DNA of 64,000 bases from Candidatus Daviesbacteria bacterium. GTDB taxonomy: Bacteria; Patescibacteriota; Microgenomatia; Daviesbacterales; UBA10151. The translations under genes were made by a program, and so were the position numbers. Below are positions 6,688-16,116 of the stretch, in pieces (position 1 is the first letter of the stretch; each line of letters opens with the position of its first letter). The stretch lies in the NCBI GenBank assembly GCA_016183305.1, contig JACPEW010000006.1, positions 2,317-66,316 on the forward strand, written 5' to 3'. A model generated the notes under the pieces. That model was given only the letters and a program-made list of their open reading frames with translations, was not told the DNA's origin and ran no database searches.

Positions 6688-8328
6688 ATGAAAGTATCAA
6701 TAAATTGGTTAAAAGAATTAGTTGATTTAAAAATATCCATTGAAGAAGTTATTAGGCTGTTACCTCTTAGAACTATTGGCCTTAAAGAAGTAACCCCAGA
6801 TTATATTGAGCTGGATATGAAAGGTTATAACAGGGCAGACCTTTTATCCTTAAGAGGAGTGGCTTATGAAATAGCAGCTATAACCAATTCAGAAATTAAA
6901 TTTGAAGAAGAAAAACAATTTGTATGGGAAGAAAATAATTTAACCAAAACTAAAGTAACTGTGGAAAATAAATATCTAGCACCACTTTATTGTATTGCAA
7001 GAATAGAAAACCTTAAAGTTGAGGAGTCAAATGAAACATGGGTAAAAAGACTGAACGATTCAGGCATTAGAGCTGTAAATAATATAGCTGATGTTACTAA
7101 TCTAATAATGGTGGAGTTTGGACAACCAATGCATGCTTTTGATGCTGCCCAGGTAGCTGATGAGGCTATAATTGTTAAAGCAGCTAAAAATGGGGAAGAA
7201 TTAACGACTCTAGATGGAAAAGCAAGAAAGCTTACTCCTGAAGATTTGTTAATTACTGATCCTCAAAAAGCTTTAGGATTGGCTGGAGTAATGGGAGGCA
7301 AAAATTCAGAGGTTACAGAGGAAACTTCTGCTATTTTACTAGAAGCTGCTATCTTTGACTCAAAGACTTTAAGGAAAACCTCTACCAAATTAGGACTTGT
7401 ATCTGAAGCCGGCAAAAGGTTTTACCATGGCCTGACCAAACAAAGACTTTTCCAAGCTTTAAACAAAGCTATAAAAATGTATGAGGAAATTGGCGGTAGA
7501 TTAACTGCTTTAACAATTGTAGATAATCTAAACCAGCAGTCTATTACTTTAGACTTAACTCAAAAGAAAACTAACTCTCTTATTGGAATAGAAATTCCAG
7601 CTAAGCAAGTTGAAAAACATTTGGCAGCTTTAAGGTTTAAACTAGCTTCCCACATCGGAAGTGGGAGTGTAGTTTGGGAAGTGACTGTTCCATACTGGAG
7701 ACTGGATATAGAAATTGAGGAAGATTTAATTGAAGAAGTAACCAGGATGTATGGCTATGAAAAGATTCCAGCCAAGGCTTTGAACACAAATATACCAATC
7801 ATATCTCAAAATCTCTTTTTTGACCTGCTGGAGAGGCTTAAACAGGCATTTTCTCAGGCTGGTCTGACAGAAGTCCAAACCTATTCTTATTATTCCTCTC
7901 AAGTGATTAATAATTTAGGATTAAGGATTAATGATTTAATAAAAATAGCTAACCCAATATCATCTGAAACCGAATATTTAAGGGATAATCTCTGGCCAAA
8001 TCTTTTAGAAGTAACTGCTAAAAATACTAGGAATGGGACTGCTGATGCTGCTGTATTTGAAATAGGCAAAGTGTATAAGATACAAGATGGTTTACCACAA
8101 GAAAGCTACCACTTAAGCATTGCCTTAAGCAATGGTACAACCAATCCTCTGCAAGAGCTTAACCAGATAGCCCAAAAATTAAACCTTCAACTGAAGGATC
8201 AATTAACTGGTGAATACTTTCACCCAATAAGACATATTGAGGGAATAGCTGAAGTCCACCCAAGAATTGTTAATAAATTTAAAGTAGAACAAAGAATAGC
8301 CGTTTTAGAGTTGGATCTTTCTAGTTAA
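6688..8328 (+). CDS. pheT: phenylalanyl-tRNA synthetase beta subunit, minimal form
   Basis: MKVSINWLKELV start, B3/4 and B5 regions present. At 546 aa it lacks the OB-fold tRNA-binding insert and the C-terminal anticodon-binding domain of long bacterial PheT. Confidence 0.88.
   Translation: MKVSINWLKELVDLKISIEEVIRLLPLRTIGLKEVTPDYIELDMKGYNRADLLSLRGVAYEIAAITNSEIKFEEEKQFVWEENNLTKTKVTVENKYLAPLYCIARIENLKVEESNETWVKRLNDSGIRAVNNIADVTNLIMVEFGQPMHAFDAAQVADEAIIVKAAKNGEELTTLDGKARKLTPEDLLITDPQKALGLAGVMGGKNSEVTEETSAILLEAAIFDSKTLRKTSTKLGLVSEAGKRFYHGLTKQRLFQALNKAIKMYEEIGGRLTALTIVDNLNQQSITLDLTQKKTNSLIGIEIPAKQVEKHLAALRFKLASHIGSGSVVWEVTVPYWRLDIEIEEDLIEEVTRMYGYEKIPAKALNTNIPIISQNLFFDLLERLKQAFSQAGLTEVQTYSYYSSQVINNLGLRINDLIKIANPISSETEYLRDNLWPNLLEVTAKNTRNGTADAAVFEIGKVYKIQDGLPQESYHLSIALSNGTTNPLQELNQIAQKLNLQLKDQLTGEYFHPIRHIEGIAEVHPRIVNKFKVEQRIAVLELDLSS
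7642..7672 (+). repeat. R1 REP hairpin inside pheT
   Basis: CTAGCTTCCCAC ATCGGAA GTGGGAGTGTAG; translated in-frame as ASHIGSGS. Confidence 0.8.
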
Positions 8329-8371
8329 TACTGAAGGCGGTGATTTAAGAATTGGGATAGTAGATCGAAGT

Positions 8372-8731
8372 ATGTTTCTTAAACTCACTCCTGAGCAGGC
8401 TCAAATTCTTGATAAATTGCTTTCAAGCGGAGATTATAGAGGATTTGTCTCTTCGTTAATAGATCAAGTGATGGATGATAATAAGATATTAAGTGAGGGT
8501 GTCCGTAGGACTACTAAAGATAACATGTTTCAAGCTCTAGCAAGAGAATATCTAACGCAGAAACTTCAAAGTTTACTAAGGTTCAGTTTAGATATAGACA
8601 ATTTTGCACTACTTAGAAAAATGCTTGAAGAGTTTGATCGGGCAAGATTAGAGGTTCCTTTGGAAATGCGGTTAATGATCAAAAGCGTTGAATCACTTCG
8701 TAAATTACAGTGCTACAGTAACTCCTATTGA
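8372..8731 (+). CDS. hypothetical protein
   Basis: 119-aa ORF, helical-looking; no family recognised. Confidence 0.4.
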   Translation: MFLKLTPEQAQILDKLLSSGDYRGFVSSLIDQVMDDNKILSEGVRRTTKDNMFQALAREYLTQKLQSLLRFSLDIDNFALLRKMLEEFDRARLEVPLEMRLMIKSVESLRKLQCYSNSY

Positions 8732-11263
8732 GGTTGAAAAAGTCCCACCATTATTATCTTCTAATGTAACTGTAATAGTATGAGAACCTTTATCTCCCTC
8801 TGGAAACTCCACACGTAAGGCAAACTGGCCTGAGGTTTGAGTAGATTTTTGAGCCCCATCAATTAACCAGGTAACTTTTTTAACTCCAGCAGGAGAATTT
8901 ACAGAAGCTAACACATCAAAAACTCTAGGCACATTGGCCCCGTTATTAACATTAACAATCTGAATAGCTCCGCCACCACCAGCAGTAAAACCCGGAATAC
9001 CAGAACAGCCTTTTGTTACACTAACTAATCTTGCATCCGGCGCTGTTAAAACCCACTGGTCTATTCCTATTTGCCATTTATCAGCTCCTGTAGGATCATC
9101 TTCTTTCAAAACTATCACATCTTTTTCCTCATTATCCTCATTATCATTGGCTAACCTGTGAGGATTGCTTTTGCAAACCTTTTGGCGTTGATAAGCGCTT
9201 GACTCTCCCTTAGGCTCTGTCCCCACAATAAAATATTCTTTCCTGGTAGGGGAACTACTGTGTGGCTTACCATTCATTAACCCATCAACTTCAACTTGGA
9301 TAACATTATCTGGTTTTTGGAAAGGCTCATTTTGCTTACCCTGTAAAGCAGCCACCATAATTTTATTCCAAATAGGTGAGGCTCCTGTGACTCCTGAGGC
9401 TACTGTTGAACTCATATCAGAATTATCATTGTTACCAACCCAAACTCCTACCGCAGCAGATAATGTGTAACCCACAGCCCAGTTATCTTTCTTCTGATCA
9501 GTGGTACCAGTTTTTACAGCTACAGTTTTACCTGGTATATTTAAAATAGAATTTGATCCAAAAGCTGCAGTCCTTGCCCCATTATCAGACAAAATATCAG
9601 AAATTATATATGCAATCCCAGGCTCCAAAACTTTTTTACCCTCTGACTGCCTAAACTCAAAAAGAGTTTTACCTTTACTATCTGTTACTTTCAAAATAGA
9701 GATAGGATCAAACTGACGGCCATTATTGGCAAATACTCCATAAGCAGAAACTAAATCCAATAACCTAACCTCCCTTCCTCCCAAAACTAAGCTTAAACCA
9801 ACTGAAGAAACATTTTCTGGGATAGGCTCCCAGGTAGTCAGTCCCATCCTAAATCCTAAATCCATTACATCCTTCACTCCTACTAAAGCTAAATTTTTAA
9901 CTGCTGGGATATTGTATGAATTACCCAAAGCATACCTCATCTGGACTGGCCCCCTAAACTGACCATCGTAGTTTACCGGAATATAAGAGGGCTTATCACC
10001 ACCAGGGAATTCTGTCTTAACATCAATATAAGTTTGGTTTGCAGTATAACCTTTTTCCAAAGCTTTAGAGTAGGCAATAGGTTTGGTAGCAGAACCTGGT
10101 TGCCTGGGGCTAATTGCCACATTAACATTTGGTTCAAAAGTACAACTATCTCCTTCTATGCAACCCTCAGGCAGAGAATCTCCAAAATAATCTTTGCTTC
10201 CTACCATAGAAAGAATCTGGCCTGTTTTAGGGTCTAAAACCAAAGCTGCAGCATTCCCAACCTTAGCTGAAGCCAAACTGTCAACTTCTTTTTTAACAAT
10301 TTCTTCAGCCTTTTTTTGCAAGTCATAATCTAAAGTGGTAGTTACTCTTAAGCCTCCGCCTTCAACCATTCTGCTGCCAAATTGTTCTATTAGTTTTTCT
10401 TTAACATACAAAACAAAATGAGGGGCTTTAAAACCTTGTTCGCTTTTGCTGGTTCTGTAAGTCAACTGCTCTTCTACAGCAACTTTGGCTTGTCCTTTAG
10501 TAATATATTTATCTTCTGCCATCCTGTTTAAAACTTCTTTTTGTCTTACCCGGGCAAGCTCAGGACGGGTACCATAAGGGGAATAAACTGAAGGCATTTG
10601 GGGTAGTCCAGCCAGTAGACTGGCTTCAGATAAATCTAAATCTTTAGCAGATTTCCCAAAATATAAATTAGCTGCTGCTTCAATCCCATAAGCAGTCCCT
10701 CCATAAGGAATCTCATTAAGATACATCTCTAAAATCTCATCTTTGCTGTAAGTCCGCTCAACTTGGATAGCTAAGATAAATTCTTTGAGCTTTCTGGTTA
10801 AAGTCCTTTCTCCGGAAAGCAAAGCATTTTTAACCAGCTGCTGGGTTAGGGTAGAACCTCCTCCTTCAACCTTACGGTGAACTACTAAATCAAAAACTGC
10901 CCTGCCAATACCAACAATAGAAAAACCTCCATGTTTATAAAAATCCTTGTCCTCAATTGCCAACGTGGCTTCTTTCACATAGTCAGGAACCTCTGAAAGC
11001 TTTACAGGAGTCCTGTTTTGTTCATGGTAAATATCATAAAGTAACTCCCCATTCTTATCATAAATTTTAGTAGCCTGGGCTATTTCCCTGTTAGTTAAAT
11101 CAGAAGGGGAGGGGATTTGGGTAGCAAAAAACACCACAGCGCTAAAAAGCAGAAGCAAAAAACCAACTACCCCTATTAAAATCCCAGTAGATAAATTTGA
11201 TAAGAGTTTAAACTTCCAAAGCTTTCTGCTTTCTTTTCTAACCCTCCAAGAACCATGGACCAT
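8705..11263 (-). CDS. class A penicillin-binding protein (PBP1A-type transglycosylase/transpeptidase) with C-terminal extension
   Basis: GT51 motifs EDKDFYKHGG, GGSTLTQQ; transpeptidase SATKP, SYN, KTGTT; N-terminal TM. Confidence 0.92.
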   Translation of the reverse strand: MVHGSWRVRKESRKLWKFKLLSNLSTGILIGVVGFLLLLFSAVVFFATQIPSPSDLTNREIAQATKIYDKNGELLYDIYHEQNRTPVKLSEVPDYVKEATLAIEDKDFYKHGGFSIVGIGRAVFDLVVHRKVEGGGSTLTQQLVKNALLSGERTLTRKLKEFILAIQVERTYSKDEILEMYLNEIPYGGTAYGIEAAANLYFGKSAKDLDLSEASLLAGLPQMPSVYSPYGTRPELARVRQKEVLNRMAEDKYITKGQAKVAVEEQLTYRTSKSEQGFKAPHFVLYVKEKLIEQFGSRMVEGGGLRVTTTLDYDLQKKAEEIVKKEVDSLASAKVGNAAALVLDPKTGQILSMVGSKDYFGDSLPEGCIEGDSCTFEPNVNVAISPRQPGSATKPIAYSKALEKGYTANQTYIDVKTEFPGGDKPSYIPVNYDGQFRGPVQMRYALGNSYNIPAVKNLALVGVKDVMDLGFRMGLTTWEPIPENVSSVGLSLVLGGREVRLLDLVSAYGVFANNGRQFDPISILKVTDSKGKTLFEFRQSEGKKVLEPGIAYIISDILSDNGARTAAFGSNSILNIPGKTVAVKTGTTDQKKDNWAVGYTLSAAVGVWVGNNDNSDMSSTVASGVTGASPIWNKIMVAALQGKQNEPFQKPDNVIQVEVDGLMNGKPHSSSPTRKEYFIVGTEPKGESSAYQRQKVCKSNPHRLANDNEDNEEKDVIVLKEDDPTGADKWQIGIDQWVLTAPDARLVSVTKGCSGIPGFTAGGGGAIQIVNVNNGANVPRVFDVLASVNSPAGVKKVTWLIDGAQKSTQTSGQFALRVEFPEGDKGSHTITVTLEDNNGGTFSTSIGVTVAL

Positions 11264-11363
11264 ACAAAGTGATTATATCAACTCTAGCCTTTCAATGCTA
11301 ACCAAAACTTTCATTGAGCAGCTGCTTGACTTTTAAGTAAACCGTATGAAATCATAAATATAG

Positions 11364-11645
11364 ATGGATAGCATATCACCCCCTTCAAACCAATCCCCAC
11401 TACCTTCTCCGCATGCAACGCCTATCCGGTTTGAGACTCAGTCTCAAGTTAAAACTCCTACCTTTATCGCTATAATCACTATACTTCTTTTGGTATTCTT
11501 TCCTTTAATCGGTGGCTTGCTGCTCTGGTTTGCAACAAAGTGGAGTATAAAAACAAAAATCCTTCTTGAAATAGGTTCGCTGATAGTATTTGTAATCATA
11601 GTAATTTTTGCAGCAATTTTAATAATTGCGCTACATCCATCATAA
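11364..11645 (+). CDS. hypothetical membrane protein
   Basis: Two strongly hydrophobic segments after a Pro/Ser-rich N-terminus. Confidence 0.4.
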   Translation: MDSISPPSNQSPLPSPHATPIRFETQSQVKTPTFIAIITILLLVFFPLIGGLLLWFATKWSIKTKILLEIGSLIVFVIIVIFAAILIIALHPS

Positions 11646-11652
11646 TTAAGAT

Positions 11653-12009
11653 ATGGATACACAAGGAACTATTCAGAATCAAAATATACAATCACAAAAT
11701 CAATCAATAATAGTCTATCCATCCCTAATTAAAAGTCTGGGACTACTATTGGGTTCTGTTTGTTTTATGGGAATTGCTATATGGATGCTCATTGTTAATG
11801 GTTTTAATCTTTTAACGATATTGATTCTATTCTTTTTTACTTTTGTAGCAATCTTTTACTTGTATATGGTGGTTATACGCAAGCCAATTTTAATCATTAA
11901 TAAAAGTGGTATTTATGATCATGCTTCAGCTGTTGGAGTTGGATGGATACGGTGGGAAGCTTTATTTTCTTTATTTCGGTTCAACCATTTAATCCAAGTG
12001 CTATTGTAG
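11653..12009 (+). CDS. hypothetical membrane protein (possibly truncated paralogue of next gene)
   Basis: 2 TM segments, then KSGIYDHASAVGVGWIRWEAL, which resembles TQGITDHISLYSTGLIPWNKIEAL of the 12098 ORF. Confidence 0.35.
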   Translation: MDTQGTIQNQNIQSQNQSIIVYPSLIKSLGLLLGSVCFMGIAIWMLIVNGFNLLTILILFFFTFVAIFYLYMVVIRKPILIINKSGIYDHASAVGVGWIRWEALFSLFRFNHLIQVLL

Positions 12010-12097
12010 TAAGACAAAATTTATTTAAAAAATTTATAATCTCCTTAAACAAATCATTAGGCTATAGTACAACTAATATACCGGGCGAAATTCTTCC

Positions 12098-13057
12098 TTG
12101 CTCATAGGAATCTTGCATATTTTATCTAAATTGTTATCTTTTAAACCGGCAATCACCTTGGATACACAAGGTATCACTGACCATATCAGTCTATATTCAA
12201 CCGGTCTAATACCTTGGAACAAAATAGAAGCTTTATTAATCAACAGCGAAAGTTTTCATATTCAATTCAAAAAAGGCTTCTCAGTCATTTCTCAAGCTGG
12301 ATTACTGGCAAAAATTTGGATACGGATATTTAACCCATCAATGAATGATCTTAATATCAATCCGTATTTTATTAAATTTAATCAACCTCATTTAATCTCA
12401 GCAATAAAACAGTATTGTCCTAATATTCCAGTATATCTGCCACCTACCGGACATATCTATTATCATTATCAATCTCTCACTGATGGTGCAAAAGCCAGGT
12501 TGATATTTTTTGGTCTTGGTTCAATCCTGCTTGGATTATTCTTTGTATCATTTCTGTTCTTTATAAAGAATGACCCTACCGTGCTTGAAACACTCCTAAT
12601 TTTAATACCAGTTACTTTAGGCATAACTTTTATTCTATATGGTGTAAATAATTTTATCCAAGTTACCGGGTATAAATTTTTGGTATCTTTCCGTGCAGGA
12701 ATGTTAGCAATAGGGGTGTATTGCGCAGTTGCAACCTTAGGATTAGGATCTCATGTTTTACAACAAGCATTAAATTTCTCTAAATTTATTAAAACAGAAG
12801 GCACTGTCATTGATTTCCGGATTCATACTGATAACCAGCTGCATACCCGCTACGATCCGGTAATACAATATACAATCCCATCTAATCCTTCCGACATCAT
12901 TCTTGATAATTTCCTGGATATGACTACCCCTTTAGTACTAGCACTTGTTACTTTATCCGGATCGCTATACGGATTTTTTATTTTTACCCAAAAAAGAGAC
13001 GAATGGATAATCAAATTTATCAAGGTTTCACCTAAACCTCAAAATACATCTACTTAA
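12098..13057 (+). CDS. hypothetical membrane protein
   Basis: 319-aa ORF, several TM segments. Confidence 0.45.
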   Translation: MLIGILHILSKLLSFKPAITLDTQGITDHISLYSTGLIPWNKIEALLINSESFHIQFKKGFSVISQAGLLAKIWIRIFNPSMNDLNINPYFIKFNQPHLISAIKQYCPNIPVYLPPTGHIYYHYQSLTDGAKARLIFFGLGSILLGLFFVSFLFFIKNDPTVLETLLILIPVTLGITFILYGVNNFIQVTGYKFLVSFRAGMLAIGVYCAVATLGLGSHVLQQALNFSKFIKTEGTVIDFRIHTDNQLHTRYDPVIQYTIPSNPSDIILDNFLDMTTPLVLALVTLSGSLYGFFIFTQKRDEWIIKFIKVSPKPQNTST

Positions 13058-13128
13058 GAGCCTTTATTAATTTAGGGCATGTAACCCCTAGATCGTAAAT
13101 TAGGATTAAGATATAATATCAATCTGTA

Positions 13129-13211
13129 CCAGAGGTACCCAAGTGGCCAACGGGGGCTGACTGTAAATCAGCTGGTTTATACCTTCGAAGGTTCGAATCC
13201 TTCCCTCTGGA
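13129..13211 (+). tRNA. tRNA-Tyr (anticodon GUA), long variable arm, C1:G72
   Basis: Acceptor CCAGAGG/CCTCTGG, D arm CCCA-AGTGGCCAAC-GGGG, anticodon arm GCTGA-CTGTAAA-TCAGC, variable arm TGGTTTATACCTTC, T arm GAAGG-TTCGAAT-CCTTC, A73. Confidence 0.9.
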
Positions 13212-13245
13212 CATTGTAAAGTTTGGCTAGTTTTCCTGGACAAAT

Positions 13246-13932
13246 TTAAGTTAAAATTGAAATATCAGTATCTGCCTTTAATCTGAATCTTATTTTAGAA
13301 ATTGGTTCACTTATACCAATTACCTTATACAATACTTGGAATTTAGTAAGTTCTTCAGGAGTAGGTTCTTCAATTTGATTTTGAAACATCTGTAAGTCCT
13401 TTGCTGTTTGTTCTTTAAGCCTAAAGCCTCTACCTGCTTCTGCATCTCTTTTTTGGGTTCTCTCAACAGCTAAGTCAAATGGTAGAGTGAGATTGAAAAG
13501 GATATTTCTGGCTCCATAACTTTGGGCAAGTTGATAAACCTGTTCTCTGTTATAGCTGGTTCTATTATTATCATCCATAATCACGCTGTATCCTTGACCC
13601 AGATAATGGCGTGTTAAAGCTTCTTGGATAACATAGGCTTTATAGTAATCATAATCTGATTCTTTCGGTAAACGCTCAAGTCCAATAATGTCACTTCTAA
13701 GATGTAAGGCAGGGATAAATTCCTGAAGGAGGGTAGAAAAAGTTGATTTACCACTGCCCGGAATACCAATTAGGGACACAACTACCGACCTTGCTAATTT
13801 TCGGTCAGGAGTTTTTAATTCATTCTTCAATTGCTCAAACAATTGTTGAAACTCAGTAGTTTGAGGATAATTTTTTAAACGGTCTCTCCAATAATTATCA
13901 AAACTATCAGGCTTACTTTCCTGTTTACTCAT
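13246..13932 (-). CDS. P-loop kinase-like ATP-binding protein (AAA_33/zeta-toxin-like fold)
   Basis: Walker A GIPGSGKST, downstream DD motif; family assignment by eye only. Confidence 0.5.
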   Translation of the reverse strand: MSKQESKPDSFDNYWRDRLKNYPQTTEFQQLFEQLKNELKTPDRKLARSVVVSLIGIPGSGKSTFSTLLQEFIPALHLRSDIIGLERLPKESDYDYYKAYVIQEALTRHYLGQGYSVIMDDNNRTSYNREQVYQLAQSYGARNILFNLTLPFDLAVERTQKRDAEAGRGFRLKEQTAKDLQMFQNQIEEPTPEELTKFQVLYKVIGISEPISKIRFRLKADTDISILT

Positions 13933-13965
13933 AATTCAGGCATATTCTATTATAAATAGAGCTAT

Positions 13966-14038
13966 TTATAAATCTGCATCTGTTTAATTGATAAACTGGG
14001 AATCAGGGTCAGACTAACGTTTACCAGAAGTTTTGCAC
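13966..14038 (-). repeat. R4 inter-cassette repeat, copy A
   Basis: Contains invariant GACTAACGTTTACCAG (14012-14027); aligns with copies at 14681 and 16041. Confidence 0.75.
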
Positions 14039-14047
14039 CAAACTCAT

Positions 14048-14299
14048 TTACTTCAAATGTTTTAATATTTCTTCTTTAGTAAACCCAAGACGTTTAAGCT
14101 GAGTAATATACCTATTAGCTGAATTTGGATCATAAGTCTTTCGGCCTAATTGGAAAGTAAAAAAGGGACGTACGCCAGGTAAGGGGTCTCTGTCATGCGG
14201 TGGTGTGTATTTAGCGTGATGACTGGAACTTATACTGTCGAATGTAAAACCAAGTTTTTTAACACATTCCTCTAAATCTTTTGAGCCAAATGCTTTCAT
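14048..14299 (-). CDS. hicA: HicA-like toxin (type II TA)
   Basis: SKDLEECVKKLGF..SSSHHAKY resembles the HicA KxLxKxLxKxGF...GSHxxF pattern; 4-nt overlap with the upstream partner. Confidence 0.5.
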   Translation of the reverse strand: MKAFGSKDLEECVKKLGFTFDSISSSHHAKYTPPHDRDPLPGVRPFFTFQLGRKTYDPNSANRYITQLKRLGFTKEEILKHLK

Positions 14300-14592
14300 C
14301 GAAATAATCGGCCAACCTCAGAGGAATAAAACTTTTGGAAAATCAAATGTGACTTTATATCTATTTCTTTCTTTGTTTCCGCCGGAACATATCTTATTAC
14401 GTTCCTATATTCTTTGGGTACATCAAAATATACCCAAATCAGATCATTGATTAGATCGTCTAAATCACAAATTTGGTCAGCCTCTGTAGATATATCGTAT
14501 TCGGGTAACTCAGCGATAAATACTCCAGAAGAACCTTTAATTACATTGACTTTTATTCTTTCAGGCAGTTTAAGAAATTGTTGGGTAGACAT
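14296..14592 (-). CDS. hicB: HicB-like antitoxin
   Basis: VFIAELPEYDISTEADQICDLDDLINDL resembles the HicB N-terminal fold; TTGACA/TATAG-type promoter and AGGAGG SD upstream. Confidence 0.45.
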   Translation of the reverse strand: MSTQQFLKLPERIKVNVIKGSSGVFIAELPEYDISTEADQICDLDDLINDLIWVYFDVPKEYRNVIRYVPAETKKEIDIKSHLIFQKFYSSEVGRLFR

Positions 14593-14680
14593 AATTGTCC
14601 TCCTTATCTATATTCTACTATATTCTGTAGTGTCAAGAATTTTACCATAATTAAGTTAAAATTGGGTAAGAGTTAAATTT

Positions 14681-14756
14681 CTATATATCTCCAACTCTTC
14701 AAATGATAAACCTGGTATTATGGTTCGACTAACGTTTACCAGGCGGACTTGAAGTT
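14681..14756 (-). repeat. R4 inter-cassette repeat, copy B
   Basis: Invariant core 14727-14742; inverted CCTGGTA/TACCAGG and CTTCAA/TTGAAG. Confidence 0.75.
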
Positions 14757-15174
14757 ATTGAAGAACTTGAAAATCCAATCTATTGCTTCTTTTACCATCA
14801 GCAGAGGTTACCTCGGTCTGGAAACCTCCTGCTGATACACCAGGTATCTTTATTTTCAGCTCAGTTTCTGTCCAGCAGCTATAATCCCAGTCTTGTGTGT
14901 ATGCAAGAGGAGCGCCACCGGAATTATATTCACAGAGGGTTCCATAAAAAGAAACACCGCCTAAGAATTTTGTTGGATCAGGATAGTAAAAAGAACTTTT
15001 TTCAAACCCAAACCCTTAATAACAATTGTATCTCCTATTTTGCCACTTGTTGGTGAAAGTGAATCTAAGTGAACAGATGGATCTGGTGTTACTGAGGAAG
15101 GTTTCCCCATACGGCAAGTTTGGTGTTGGTTGCTTTGTGGGTGCGGTTGTTAGCTCAGGATTAGTTTTAATATC
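14755..15174 (-). pseudogene. decayed IPT/TIG-like domain gene (frameshifted, no start)
   Basis: Minus-strand frames read ...LSPTSGKIGDTIVIKGLG, then after an A-run indel FEKSSFYYPDP...IKIPGVSAGGFQTEVTSADGKRSNRLDFQVLQ*. No ORF over 60 aa in the track here. Confidence 0.5.
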
Positions 15175-15226
15175 CAACTCCTGTTGCAACTAGCTAGGGG
15201 TTATAATGCAGTTTAAAAAAAAGCAA

Positions 15227-15268
15227 TCTGTATATCTCTAATTCTTCAAAGGATAAGCTAAAACTATT
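15227..15268 (-). repeat. R4 inter-cassette repeat, partial copy D
   Basis: Shares the TATATCTC-N-TTCTTCAAAGGATAA half with copies A-C. Confidence 0.55.
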
Positions 15269-15269
15269 C

Positions 15270-15698
15270 TTACAACAGATCTTTTGCTAATTTATAACCG
15301 CATTTTTTAACATAGAAATCATCAAAACTAAAAATATAATCTGCCTTATATTTATCGGCTACTGCTGCAACAGCGCAGTCAAAAGAAGTATTCTTTTTAG
15401 TGGCTCTAGGATCAAAATATTTAGTGGCGCCAGTGATAATATCCTGACCAGTTGGCTCAATAATCATGTCGGGATCAGCAAACACTAATAAAGTTCCTGC
15501 TGCCATTTGAGGATTATTTAATTTTCTGAACATGGTGGTAGTAGATTCAAAAACTATACAGGAAGGATAAATAACTTTTGCTTCAATCTCTACGAGCTTT
15601 TCAGCGATTTTCACAGCTATCTCATGGTTGGAATCAGCTAAGTTACCTTGAGCAATTATCCCATCGCTGTCAACAACAACTATTGGTGATTTATTCAT
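15270..15698 (-). CDS. PIN-domain toxin (VapC-like)
   Basis: Acidic residues in VVDSDGI, FDCAVAA, SFDDF contexts; start moved to ATG 15698 (8-nt overlap with antitoxin). Confidence 0.65.
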   Translation of the reverse strand: MNKSPIVVVDSDGIIAQGNLADSNHEIAVKIAEKLVEIEAKVIYPSCIVFESTTTMFRKLNNPQMAAGTLLVFADPDMIIEPTGQDIITGATKYFDPRATKKNTSFDCAVAAVADKYKADYIFSFDDFYVKKCGYKLAKDLL

Positions 15699-15972
15699 CC
15701 CATGTATACTTATCAAGGTTTGTAGATAAATCCCCAGGCCCTTTAGCCTTTAATTGCTCTGCCATCTGAGCTACTTTTAGTAATGCCAGAGCAGATCCCT
15801 GCTGTTTTTGTTTACTCTTTAGTTCCTCAAATTCCTTAAAAGTTTCCAGACTCACAATTACTGCCTGAGGTTCCTTTTTACTAACAACCTGTCTCGGCTG
15901 TTTAGTTTTCTTAACCTCTTCAAAGACTTTCTTGGGGCTTCTAGATAAATCTCTTATATTGACTGTCAACAT
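15691..15972 (-). CDS. Phd/YefM-type antitoxin
   Basis: N-terminal VNIRDLSRSPKKVFEEV...AVIVSLETFKEFEE pattern; overlaps the PIN gene. Confidence 0.6.
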   Translation of the reverse strand: MLTVNIRDLSRSPKKVFEEVKKTKQPRQVVSKKEPQAVIVSLETFKEFEELKSKQKQQGSALALLKVAQMAEQLKAKGPGDLSTNLDKYTWDE

Positions 15973-16040
15973 ATAAACATATTATGACATGGGTCAAAAT
16001 TTGTCAATACTTTTGTCTAACAATGTGAGTGACAAAGCCG

Positions 16041-16115
16041 TTTGTAAATCTCCAGTTCCTTAAAAGATAATCCGGGTATAATGGTATGACTAACGTTTAC
16101 CAGGTGGACTCAAAA
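16041..16115 (-). repeat. R4 inter-cassette repeat, copy C
   Basis: Invariant core 16088-16103; lies directly after the stop of the 16117 ORF. Confidence 0.75.
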
Positions 16116-16116
16116 A

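Noticed and set aside
13966-16115. Calling the 75-bp inter-cassette repeats canonical integron attC sites
   Set aside because: The AAC/GTT motifs are adjacent in the middle (AAACGTTAGTC) rather than at opposite ends as R''/R' boxes, sequence identity between copies is unusually high, and no intI is present. The idea is kept only as a hypothesis in the findings.
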